From NCBI GenBank assembly GCA_000708835.1, contig DF237693.1:1-38468 (forward strand): a DNA stretch of 38,468 nucleotides, read 5' to 3'. This stretch comes from Klebsormidium nitens. Taxonomy: Eukaryota; Plantae; Klebsormidiophyceae. This document shows positions 10,801-31,400 of this stretch, one piece after another (the first letter of the stretch is position 1; each line of letters opens with the position of its first letter). Below the pieces are notes generated by a model, which worked only from the letters and a program-made list of their open reading frames with translations, was not told the origin of the DNA and made no database searches. Both the position numbers and the translations under genes were made by a program.

Positions 10801-12231
10801 GTTTTCGTCTTCGAATTGCTTCGAGGCACGCGCGTGCGTGGGAGGCCTTGCTAGAACGCATATCTCCCCGGCGAGGGGCTTGCTGACGTGTCGCCAAGCA
10901 CCTGAGTTCGTCATGTGACGTCACGCAGCTGCTCCAAGATGTGGACCCCTCCGCCGACGACACTGACGACTCGGACCGCATCGAGCGATACCCCGGGAAA
11001 GCGAGCCCCGACTTGCCTTGGCCCCCGAGAGACTACGACGATGACTCGGTTGCGACCAACCGGGCAAACACGCATAACCCACCCGAAACGAGCAACGAAC
11101 GTGGGCGCCCACAAGAAGAAAGAAACGTGGGCTCTGATGATAAGCGGTCCCCGATCCGGTTCTGGGACAACAATGGGCAGGCAGACCGGTTCCGGTCGGT
11201 TGTCGACGTGGCAGAGGGGTCGGCGCTTACCGACGCCGAGGCGTTTTACCGGGCGGGCGTGCTTCGTGCGAGGGGGGCAAAGGGCGGTGTCTCGCCGCAG
11301 AGGCGCGAGGCAAGTGTCGCCGTTGTGACCGCTTCGGAGCTAGCAAAGCACACCGGTCCTGCATCAAAGTGGCTGGCTATTGACGGAAAGGTGAGTGCCG
11401 AGTTGAGCTTGAAACAGCTTTTCCGCGAAGTCTTCGAGATCAGTTTGTGCGTGATGGGAAAGAAGGGCCACGTATGTAAAACCGGTTTTGGTTACTGCAT
11501 CGGCAGGTGGCTCTGGAAAACATGTGAAACTTGTGGTCTTGTGGTGTACTCGGAGGGACGGAAGTAGTTTCTGCATTGAGAAAGTATTCATTGCCAGGAT
11601 TACGAGGATCGAGCCTTGCTCGCTTTTGAAAACTTGGATTCTTTGCGTACTCTGCGCTGAAGGAAGGATTGAGCGGACAATTGACACTAAATTGTCTTGT
11701 CTGATAGTACCGGCTTGGAAATGGAAGATTTCTAGGGAGTGCTACGACAGACCAAGCTCAAATGCATAGCCACTTGAACTGAGCGTCTCGCAGAGTTAGT
11801 AAGTTCGACGTCGAGATGCGGCAGATCAGCCCAGACACTCAAGGCTGTGTTCGAGCGGTACAGAGAACCGCAGGAAGTTTCGGTTGCTTAACCAGGCTGA
11901 TTAGAAGACTGGAGTCTCAGCTTATTAGACATGACAAAAAACCGGGCTTTAACCTCGTTCCAGGGCTGGCTAATACCGCCCAAATCCAATAATTGGACAC
12001 TTGACCACTTTTAACCAGCCCATTAGCAGCCCATAACCAGCCACATGTGAATCTGCTTCTGCATTACAGGTTTACGACGTCACGCGTTTTGTAGACAGTC
12101 ACCCCGGTGGTCCAATCATCACCTCAGCTCTGGGGCGGGACGCCACACGAGAGTTCGACGAATTTGGCCACAGCGCTTACGCCCGGAGTCTCCTAGAGCC
12201 TCTCAAGGTCGGACAACTTCTGGTCGAGTGA
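1814..12231 (+). CDS. Globin-ankyrin-TRP-type cation channel-cytochrome b5 fusion protein (about 847 aa, 12 exons)
   Basis: Predicted exons: 1814-2064, 2489-2639, 3683-3775, 4585-4772, 5333-5519, 6988-7199, 7666-7914, 8470-8748, 9256-9432, 10497-10629, 10929-11390, 12070-12231. All 11 introns are GT..AG with matching phases. Total is 2544 nt (848 codons), ending at TGA 12229-12231 with no internal stop. The start codon is uncertain: a CAG at 1843-1845 could be an acceptor for an upstream exon. Confidence 0.88.
1925..4596 (+). CDS. Globin domain of the fusion gene (3/3 fold, flavohemoglobin/single-domain-globin-like), exons 1-4
   Basis: Spliced translation: LSSEEIALIQTSWARV..ISLFYVNLFALAPHLEGLFKRTK/GIQEAMFQDMMVTLIDKLHDWEWVVHTLEASAIRHLRYGVSASMFSPVGE/ALLKTLDMGLGDYWTPATKASWVKMWTAIVA/VMSA. 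It shows the A-helix Trp, B9-B10 FY, CD1 Phe, putative E7 Gln, proximal F8 His in RHLRYGV, the G-helix F..VGEALL and the H-helix W.....AW pattern. Confidence 0.93.
4597..5345 (+). CDS. Ankyrin-like repeat(s) between the globin and the channel domain
   Basis: SGLTPLLMAIRDKKVRIVKYML matches the ankyrin consensus G.TPL..A......IV..L. A weaker preceding repeat reads GLTRAVANNSFALVTAEL. Confidence 0.6.
4860..5250 (+). repeat. Three decayed tandem copies of the exon-5 acceptor junction of the globin-TRP gene
   Basis: CGCAGGTACATGC..ATTCTGGC..GCACCGGCTACC at about 4862, 5006 and 5163 (period about 150 bp), versus the functional copy at 5327 (GTGCAGGTACATGCTTTCGGATATTCTGGCC..). Confidence 0.85.
7147..10545 (+). 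CDS. Six-TM TRP-type ion channel domain (S1-S6, pore loop, TRP-helix region), exons 6-10
   Basis: Four upstream hydrophobic segments, then the S4-S5 linker and S5 (LSSFVFTLSRMLYDLVKFLAVFLLIWIGFALAFYILL), pore helix and filter (VHWSFTTFFIMLFGYAEFEF), S6 (VAIVLWFIYLMLANLLLLNLLIAQFSTTYEAV) and a post-S6 helix (ALRKLCNELLAIEGTL). These match TRPV/TRPC hallmarks such as LLLNMLIA.M..TY. Confidence 0.88.
7236..7430 (-). mobile_element. MITE-like element copy A (CACAG...CTGTG ends)
   Basis: 25-bp imperfect terminal inverted repeats: CACAGGAGTTTTTGGCTGTTAACCA versus the reverse complement of the right end, CACAGCAAGTTTTGGCTTCTAACCA (20/25). The interior is homologous to copies at 10265 and 11869. No clear target-site duplication. 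Confidence 0.6.
10265..10449 (+). mobile_element. MITE-like element copy B
   Basis: Starts CACAGATAGTCTTGGCGGTTTACCA and shares the interior GAGTCCCAGGTTACT..ACCGGGCTCTAACCTTGTTC..TACCGCCCAAATCC with copy C and the reverse complement of copy A. Ends ..CCAACTTGTG. Confidence 0.5.
11322..12231 (+). CDS. Cytochrome b5 heme-binding domain at the C-terminus, exons 11-12
   Basis: VVTASELAKHTGPASKWLAIDGK/VYDVTRFVDSHPGGPIITSALGRDATREFDEFGHSAYARSLLEPLKVGQL. Canonical W..I.GKVYDVT.F...HPGG....GRDAT..F...GHS..A with both axial histidines. The last exon is too short to appear in the supplied ORF track. Confidence 0.95.
11869..12049 (+). mobile_element. MITE-like element copy C
   Basis: CGCAGGAAGTTTCGGTTGCTTAACCAGGCTGATTAGAAGACTGGAGTCTCAGCTTATTAGAC.. 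aligns with the reverse complement of 7340-7430. Ends ..AACCAGCCACATGTG. Confidence 0.55.
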
Positions 12232-12514
12232 GATAGTCGCGTAACATGGATGTTACGTTTATTGGTCCTACTAATTGGAAACATAGTGGACCCGTTTGAC
12301 AATTTTGACTTGGTGAGGGGGCCATTCAGTCCGCGGCCGCACGCAACCGCTAGACCGTACAAAACCGTCAAATGTCGCGGGTCACTGCTCCATTTCAGTG
12401 CTAGCCCAGTCTGACTGTTTTTTCTTAGTGAGGGCGCCAGCCAGCTTGCACCCGCAGCAGCTAGACAATACCGTCCCAAGTCAGTTTTTCCTCCATCAAG
12501 GTCAAGGTGCAAAA

Positions 12515-12554
12515 GCATACCATATTGCATACCATATTGCATACCATATTGCAT
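12515..12554. repeat. 12-bp minisatellite (GCATACCATATT)x3
   Basis: Three perfect units plus GCAT, downstream of the globin-TRP stop codon. Confidence 0.9.
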
Positions 12555-14050
12555 GGGCTTGGGAGCCCGCACAAACAAGTCAAAATTAGATTTGCCGCAA
12601 ATGGGTCACTTTCGGCGTCTACCAAAATAGGTTTGATCTGTCAGCTTACGAGCTAGTGACCGAACATCCATCTTGATCACGGTACATTTCAGGATACAGT
12701 CAAAGTCCCGGACTCAACAATAGTGTCGATCGGATCAGCAGCGAAGTGAAGCCTGGCCGGCCCTCTGGATCTGCCCTTTTACATGCAATATTAATGATCG
12801 ATGTGACGATATATAACCTACTACCGGCGTTCGGTTTTAGTGACTTAGTGCGCAACTTGGCAACGGTGCCTTGGGGTAGCTAATCGAACGGATATATTGA
12901 CACGGAAGTTGTTCGCCATCGCACGCGGCCGCCGCAGCTTCAAGCACGACGGTTTAAGCTTTTGATTTGCATCACAGCATGCCAATGATGTCGTCTATAC
13001 GCGCTGCGACGGTATGTAGTGCGCTTCATCTGCTTGAGTGCTGAGTTCAGACAAACCATTGAATACGCCCAACCGTTGGGCCGGCGCGTATTCAATGGTT
13101 TGTCTGAAATTGTTGAACAGCTCCGCGACTCCTGATGATTGATGCGCCGGGCCCAAATTCATGCATGACACCTCCCATGCATGCCGCGTATATAGGATGT
13201 ACGTACTCACAAGCTTCTACTGTACGTAGTAGGTGCCGGCATGCGCATGTTTGAACATCTCAAGTTATAGAAATCGAATTAAGGACATTAGGATTCACAA
13301 GAGCGCTCAGCTGGCACCATAAACGCTAGCAACAGTCACTAAGTTATTGTGCAGGCTGTGGGAGACGGTCGGTCCGGTCCGATCGTCTTCAAGCCTTCGA
13401 ATCGCAAGACTGATGACAACCAAACGGACAATCATCAGTATCGAACACAGAGCATGCACCCTCGAACTTCGGAAGTCACTTGACCACAGTAATCAGGAAG
13501 CATCGTTGTGCAGTGCCGCGCGCAGCTTCCAACGTGTGAAACCGTTTGCCCCGAACTGAAAGCTACTGGTTGAACCTAGTGCTTGTCGACCGGTAACAAG
13601 CCTCTTATGATTAGCCCACCTCTGCTCAATTGGTTCACATTTCTCAAGTTCTAGGCCTGTGATTTAACAACAACAGGAAGTCAAATGCAAGCCACCATAG
13701 TAAATAATCACGTGAATCGCTTTTGACGATTTTATTGTTTCTCGCTAACTGTGGAGCCGTGCATCAATAGACTCGCCCGCTGGGTCCCTCTTCGAGTCTA
13801 CGATTTCTGGTTGCAAAGCTCACTTCGGATCGTGAGATATTTATAACAGGGGACCTCCCTCGGACAGCATGCGTGGGAACCATTCTACACGCAAAAGCGC
13901 TGGTTGATTCCGAGTTGCGACACAATCTTCTCGCGCATGATACCACCTTATTTCCCGTACCTGTCATGTGAACCTCAGATAAGTGGGCAGCAAATAGATC
14001 TACCCAGCTCGTTGAATACTTCTCCATATTGAAAACGACCAACGAAACGT

Positions 14051-24624
<10,574 letters not shown>

Positions 24625-27600
24625 TGGGGGGGGGATATGGGGACCAGGTTTGGACCGGGAGTATCAATCTGAGGGGCCCTCTTCTGTTGCTTGGCGGGGG
24701 GGCGTGCGCAACCCATTGGAACGGGCCAGAATTGATCACACTGCCAAACCCCGGGCGTCCGCTAGAGGGCGCCAGATTTGCAGGCCGAAGGCGGAAGTCG
24801 AGCTTTGCTCCTGCAGGAAGAGGAAGTATGCTTTGCCAACAAAATAGGACCAGTTCTTGGCTGCGGCCAAAGAAAGACGAAGAAGACAGAGAGGGAGACG
24901 AAATTAGACAGTCCTGATGCAGTCTGGACCCTGAACACAAAGCGTTGCTCCAATTTGTACACTGGTTTTGAGAGCTCCCCTGCATAAAGAAATGACAGCG
25001 CAGCTGGCTTGCAGTATGCGGGTAGGCCGACTTTGACCAGTGTTCAACTCGCGGTTGGCAAAGAAAGTGTGCCGCTCCTCTCATTACCGATGCAACAAGA
25101 TCTCCAAGGTTGCAACAAGGCCAGGCACCAACAATGCCACGCGCAGGCATGCGTGGTGTAGTGGGAGCCCTTGTAAGAATGCTTGATCAGCTGCTCAACT
25201 TATCATGTTGAACCACAGCAGAAATACCACTACCAAGTATGCAATGCCGCATACAATGCTGGAGCATTGTGCAGGTACATGAGGCATACATCACCAGGGC
25301 TAGAATAAGAACCAGGAAGGTGGGAATCGACTGCTGAATCAGAATTTCCAAAAGCAGACCTTGGCAAGAGCTAGGCAAGAGGAAGCACGTTTTTCTGCAA
25401 GCCAAGTATCTGCAGCCAGAGTAGGACTGCAGGCAACGAAAGCAACCGCTCCTGAGAAAACTTTCATAAACTTCTCTCATGGGAAGGACTTTCACCACTG
25501 GAGACTGTGCAGCAAAGTTTCAGTGCCAAGACTGCTGGAGCTTGTAGGTGGATTGTACATGGCCGTCTCTCTTTCGCTCCAGACCAACTTGGGTTTCTCT
25601 TTAGTAAGGACTTCCATACTCGCATTGCATTTTTGCGTGAGATCAGAAGTCCGCTTAGCAACATTGCTTGCTTGACCAACTGATAATCTGCAATGCAGAC
25701 TAACGGGCATCCGATTCCTGGAGCATTTTTCTTGACATTCTGAAACTTCAATGCAACTGATATCAAACATCATGGTGTCAAATGGGGCAATAAGTGAAAA
25801 GCAGAGCAGGATTACACAGAGAACATGCTCTGTATTTGAAGTGGTGATAGAGTCCACAACCAACCTTCTTTGTTATAGCACACATTGGTCTTCAAGGTAA
25901 TGTCATCTGCTGCTATCTGTTGTGACTTTGCCCTCATCATGGATTGAATGTTGGCTGACTGAGGTGTGCCACAAAGGAAGATTCGAGGTACTGTCCTTAC
26001 GAGACGCTTGAGGTCGGCAATCTGCCACCAAAGCATCAACACAAGTGAAGTGCAAACCCGGTAAATTTCTGATGCAAAGGCAGAGATACTCACCAACAGC
26101 GGAAGATCACGCTCTTACACTTTTGCAAGAATCCGCTACTGGTTGGCTGCCCTTAGGTAAGTGGCAGCTATCCACACAAGCTCTTGATACACTTTGCCCG
26201 TCCTTCCAAATTGCATAGATGGAAAAACGAACGCCCCAGCTCTGAGAAGATCGACGGCTGCGGCAGACCTTCAAAAGTCGGAGCTCCAAATGCTCAACCC
26301 GAGCTCAAAAAGCTGTTCAGTCATCTGTTGAATATCGGAAGACCTCGCAGATAACTCTATCTAGAGATCCTTACAGCCCTCCGATGCCAAGCAAAGCTTG
26401 TTCATGTGATCTTCTCCCAGAAGGCTTCGTGTCCGATCCTCGTGCAGTGCACCAGCCCGTTCTGTCCCTTCCAAGGGTCGTCACGTAACGAACAAGAGGC
26501 TGAGCGACCTTGTCAAGATTCAGGAGCTTTTCTGCGTTCTCCCAGCGTTCTGGCAGGCGCCACGGACCAAATCTCTCTTGCGAGTTCTCATTGCTCCGAG
26601 GCACGATTGTGCGAGCTTGAAAGCGCTTGAAAGTGGGAATGAACTCCACGAATCCCTGGCACGAGGCAAGCCTCTGCTGAAGACTGTGAAGTGATTCCCC
26701 TCGCAGAATCCAGATGCGCTGTCAGAGGGATGCCGGCCTACATCCTTTTTGGCGACTTGCCTCGTCTGATTCTAAAACCTGATGGTCGCTCTTCAACTGC
26801 TCTGACATGTCCGGTGATCCCCTTCGCACGAGCCGGCACCGAAACCGGGCAGGGTTCCGACAGGTTACAGCATGTTTGCCAAGCTGGTTAGCCCTATTAA
26901 ACGAGATTCGAATCCAAGCGGATTTGCCGGAATCATTACCTGACACAACCGGGAGCTTGTTGCTGTTTGTAAATCGGCAGAAGAGCCTTGGCAAAATAAG
27001 CCCGGGGCTTTGCCCCAACCCAAACAGTGATGGATTCTGTCAGACTTACCAGTCACAATCAAATTCAAGTTAGGAACAATGTAGAGTCTGACCACCCGGT
27101 CCGTCGTCAGACCCTGATTGCCATTCCGGTCTGTCATCGCTTTCCGCTGCGACGTCCACCATTCAGGGACCGGAAGCGCTGCTTGTTGCTTTCAATGTCA
27201 AAACAACCACGTGGTGGTGCAGGAGAGAGCTCGCACGATGGCGTCCGCGAATGCAACTTGAACGCCCTTGGAAACTCTGGCAGAGGCCCCTTGAAGAAGA
27301 AGAAAGAGGGGGTGTTTTGAAGGACACTTCTCTAGAAAGGGTTTCTTTTCTGCCGGATTGCGGGCACGTTAGCGGCATGCGCTCACTTTTGTCCTTGCGC
27401 GTACAGTTGCTCCAGAGGAGTGGTTGGCAGCCACAAATAGTGTAGGTTGAGGTAAGTGCAGATTGTGCTTATGAAAGTCTGTCAACCTGACGTGGTCAGC
27501 CAATAAATGTCCTGCTTCCAAAGCCACAGTTCTGTACGGAAGGAACGGATGCTTGGAGATCATTCAGCGACGAAAAGCTGTTCAAGGAAAACCAGTGCGC

Positions 27601-28424
27601 ACGCGCGGGTGCTAGCTGAAAAGTGAAGGCCATATGAATGCTGGGGTCATAAAATAATTGAAGAGAAGAATGGGGAGGCAATGAGAGCTTTTGAAAATCT
27701 ACCACTCGGTCAGGTGCCATCTGTGTGTCGGCCTGGTCCTGGCTTTCTGCGTCAACGTCTCATTCATAGACGCAGGAACTCTTGCTCCTAACCACGATTA
27801 GTTGAAGCGCATTGAACCAGACATGAGCCAGGTTGCTCGGTAGAAAGGCACTTAACTGGTCAAAAACCAAGCTAGATCCATCTTTTTGTGATGTTTGGCT
27901 GCCATAATGACTCAAGGTGGTATGGTCTGGTGCCACCTCGTTAGTCAAGAACATACTGGTTGCTCCTGTCAGGACTCTCGGTTATCGCATTCTTTCTATT
28001 CATTTCTCTCCTTGGTGAGAATATCATTCATTTATTCTGGTTATTTTTAATTGTCATCAGATTGTCCGATTGGCGATCCACTTAGACAATCAAATACCAA
28101 GTACAGTAGGGAAGCATGATCGAGAATATACAGCCCCTCACTCCAATTGGTGCTTATTATGCTGGTACGTGGTGTACATACCTCGTCTGCCGCGGGTCAG
28201 GAGGTATAAGATGCTCGTTGGCGTCCATTTGTGGCGACAAACTGGCACTAGTAATTCAATCCTCTATGCCATGGCAAGTGGTATACCAGGATTGACTTAC
28301 AGCTAACCAGCTAACCAAGTTGATAACCAAATCAAAACACTGAAAATCTCTTCTACGTCCATACAGAGCGTCTGCTGCTGAGGGACGGTTTACGCGCACT
28401 CAGCTGCGACCTGCAGGCCTGGCG

Positions 28425-31400
28425 ATGGCTGCACCTGCGCTGACGTCATGCCGACCTCAGCACGTTACGCAGCCTGCACGCCATGGCACAGGGCCCCTTG
28501 CAGAGGCAGCTGTTTGGAAGGCGTGCTATCTGAATGCTCGGTCGTCGAACCACTGGGGAACCAGACTAGGAGTGACGGGGTTGTCAGAATTGACTGAATC
28601 TAGTAAAGTGCACAACCGGGGGGTTTGTACGTTAACTGGGACCCACTCCAAGCACAAGCAGTCGGCAGCGTGTTGCTCTGACTGGCCAGCTTTCAAGGCC
28701 AGCGGGGTTTCCTATCCAGGGGTCCATGGTCCCCCCTGGAGCGCACTGCGCGGCGCATCGACTTTCAGCACCGCTGGAGTCAATAAAGGCAGAAGGCGGG
28801 AGGGGGGGTTTGCAAAAGTGGGCCGCTCTGTCGTAGCGAGTGAGGTGGAAACCCGCAGTCCCTCACGTGCGGCTAGGGTGCCCCGAGCGAAATTGAAACG
28901 GGACTTGACGAACCCCACCAGCGAGGACCCTGCCTCTAAAGGAAACGGTCTTCCGCAGGCGTCAAGTTTGAGGGGTGAGCGTGTGGGGCAGTCTCCATTG
29001 GAACAACGGCGGAGAGTTGATAGGAAAGAGGAGGCGGGGGCTCCAGTAGGTGAACCGAAAGCTCAACGAGTGCGGAGCACGGCAGGGCAAGGGGTGTCCG
29101 GAGCAGGCGGTGGGCGTGAGGGGGGGTCGGGGTTGCCTGGGAATCATCGGCGGGGGAACTCGACTGCAAACAGCCCCCACGAGTCTCGGCAAAATGGTGT
29201 CGACGAGAGGTTTAAGAGCGACGGGGCTGCTGAAGGAAGTGACGGGAAAATTGGGTCAGCCGAGTATGGAGTACGTCGGTCGGATGCTGAGGCGGGGGAG
29301 GACGGTTCAGAAATCGGGTTAGCCAAATCGCGTGGGGTTGTGGAGCGGAACCCAGAGGTTAGGGAGCGGCTGCAGATGCTGCGGAGTAAGTATTTGAAGT
29401 CTGCGCCGGCTGGTAGGGGTGACGATCTGAGTGGGGTTAGAGACCAGAACGGGGTTAGTGGTCAACCTGGGGTCAGCGGCCAGAACGGAGTCAGCATTCA
29501 GAGCGGGGTTACCGGCCAAAACAGGGTTAGCGGCGGGGTTGCGAAAGGTCGAGGGGCTGTGCTGCTGGAGGTATTGAGGCGAAACAGGGAGGAAGCTGCA
29601 CGGCGAGACGCAGTCGGGGGGCCGGGAGATGGGGTGCCCGAGGGGGAGATGGGTGAGAATACAGCGATAGTTCAAGCACGGCGAGAGCAGAATAGGGGAA
29701 ACGATTGGCAGGATTCAATAAGGAGGGGCGCAGACCTAGGGAAAGCTAGAACGGATGCAACGAACGGGAGAGGCGATACCGCTGGTGAGTCAGCCGAAAG
29801 GGGCGCAAGGAGCGAGGGTCTCGCACGGAAGAATGTCAGAACAGCGACACCAGAACTCGGGAGCCTAGGGGGCACTGAGACTAGAGTCAAAGCGCGCACG
29901 TCGAATCAGGGGGCGCCAAATTTGTCAAGGTGGACGCAAGAGAATGGGAAAGCACACGTCGGTTTTGCGGGACCCGATCGGGAATGGGGGGCTTCCGAGA
30001 GCAGGCAGAGTACCCCCCGGAAAAAGGAGCAGGGGCCCCGTTTGGGGCCTATGGAAAGGGGCTGGGAGGTTTCGAGGCCGAAGTCTCGGGGGAGCGCTGA
30101 CGTCAGACTCACCGGTGCAAGCTCTGCGAGGGTGAAAGAAGAGGGCGATCAGGAAAGAAGGGCACGAAGCAGGTTAGCTAAACGAGCCCGTTTGTCCCTT
30201 TCTTCTTCTTTGCTTTCCGTTTCCTGGTTCCTTCCGTAGAGACACAGGCCGACAAAAACGTCTTAGCAGGTGGGAGTACACAATGACGGTACAAAAGCGA
30301 TGAAGAATATGCAATCACGGGGAACCATTTGTGAGAGACGACCTTCTCAAATCGGCACTGCAAGTCCATGGGGGCTAGAGACAGGGGTGGTCAGGAGGGA
30401 AGGGCACGAAGCAGGTGCCCTTTCTTGTGTATTCTTCTCGTGCTCTTTCCTTCTTGTTCTTGCAATAAGGGAAGCTCTGAAGGTGAATGCCTTGCTGGAT
30501 GGACTGAAATCAGCCCTTTCAAATGCCGAGAAAACCATATAAAGATTTCCTCGTCCGCAGAATTCCATTTCCAGGCTAACCGTAAATGTGTGGACTAGCA
30601 TGCAAATGCGCCAATGCAAGAGTGAATAGTCAAGTAGGGTAGGGCCTTGAGAAAGAACGGCCGGAAACCTCCGGTTGATTCTCAGCTCTCATCAAGGCAG
30701 AATCTCAGTAGAGTTTGTTAAAGAGTTGCTCGTTGTGACGCGAGCACACTCGTTTGCAGATTGCAACTGCAATTGGGGGCTTCACTCATAGAGCAACAAT
30801 CGTAATTCCGCACATATTCTGAGAAGTCGAGGGTCGCTTCGAGTGTCAGTCGTTTGTGAGCAGTCTGTGCACAGCGTTAAAATACCATACCTGTATCTAA
30901 GAGAAACTCCTGTGGTAAATTCAAGCGCCTCTTAGGTCGGGCTTCGCTTTTCTCACGCCGATCGAATCGCTCCTCGGGCAGAGTCGAAAGCTCAGCCCCG
31001 AAACGCTTTCGTTTCTAGATTGTAGGCACAATCAGATTGAGCTGTCTTCCTGAGCAATTTGATCGGCCTTTGGCGCTGGCAGGAGTTACGACCTACGGTG
31101 GCAGTTTGTTACCTAGAATGCCTTAGGCAGGTTGACATGAAAGTTGTTTCTGAATTGGATACTACTCAATTGTGCAATCGGAGAATGTATGCCACTTCTC
31201 ACACTAACTTTTGTCTTCGTTTCTGGTGTTCAGGGAAGAAGGGAGGCCGGTCGCCGTGACGCAACCGCCTTCCAGCGTGAGGGACTCGAGAGCAGTACCT
31301 GGGGCAAAGCGTGCTGACGTCACCGTAACGTCAGCATCCGTAACTGCCTCTCCGAGGGACAAAGTTGGCTCGGACGTCAGCACGACGTCAGCATCCGGAG

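Noticed and set aside
1814-12231. Globin, channel and cyt b5 as three separate neighbouring genes
   Set aside because: No piece has its own stop, the splice phases are continuous, and single exons (4 and 11) bridge the domain boundaries. Only transcript data could overturn this.
12232-14050. Genes in the region between the converging 3' ends
   Set aside because: Only short ORFs without motifs or splice logic. The region is consistent with UTRs and intergenic DNA.
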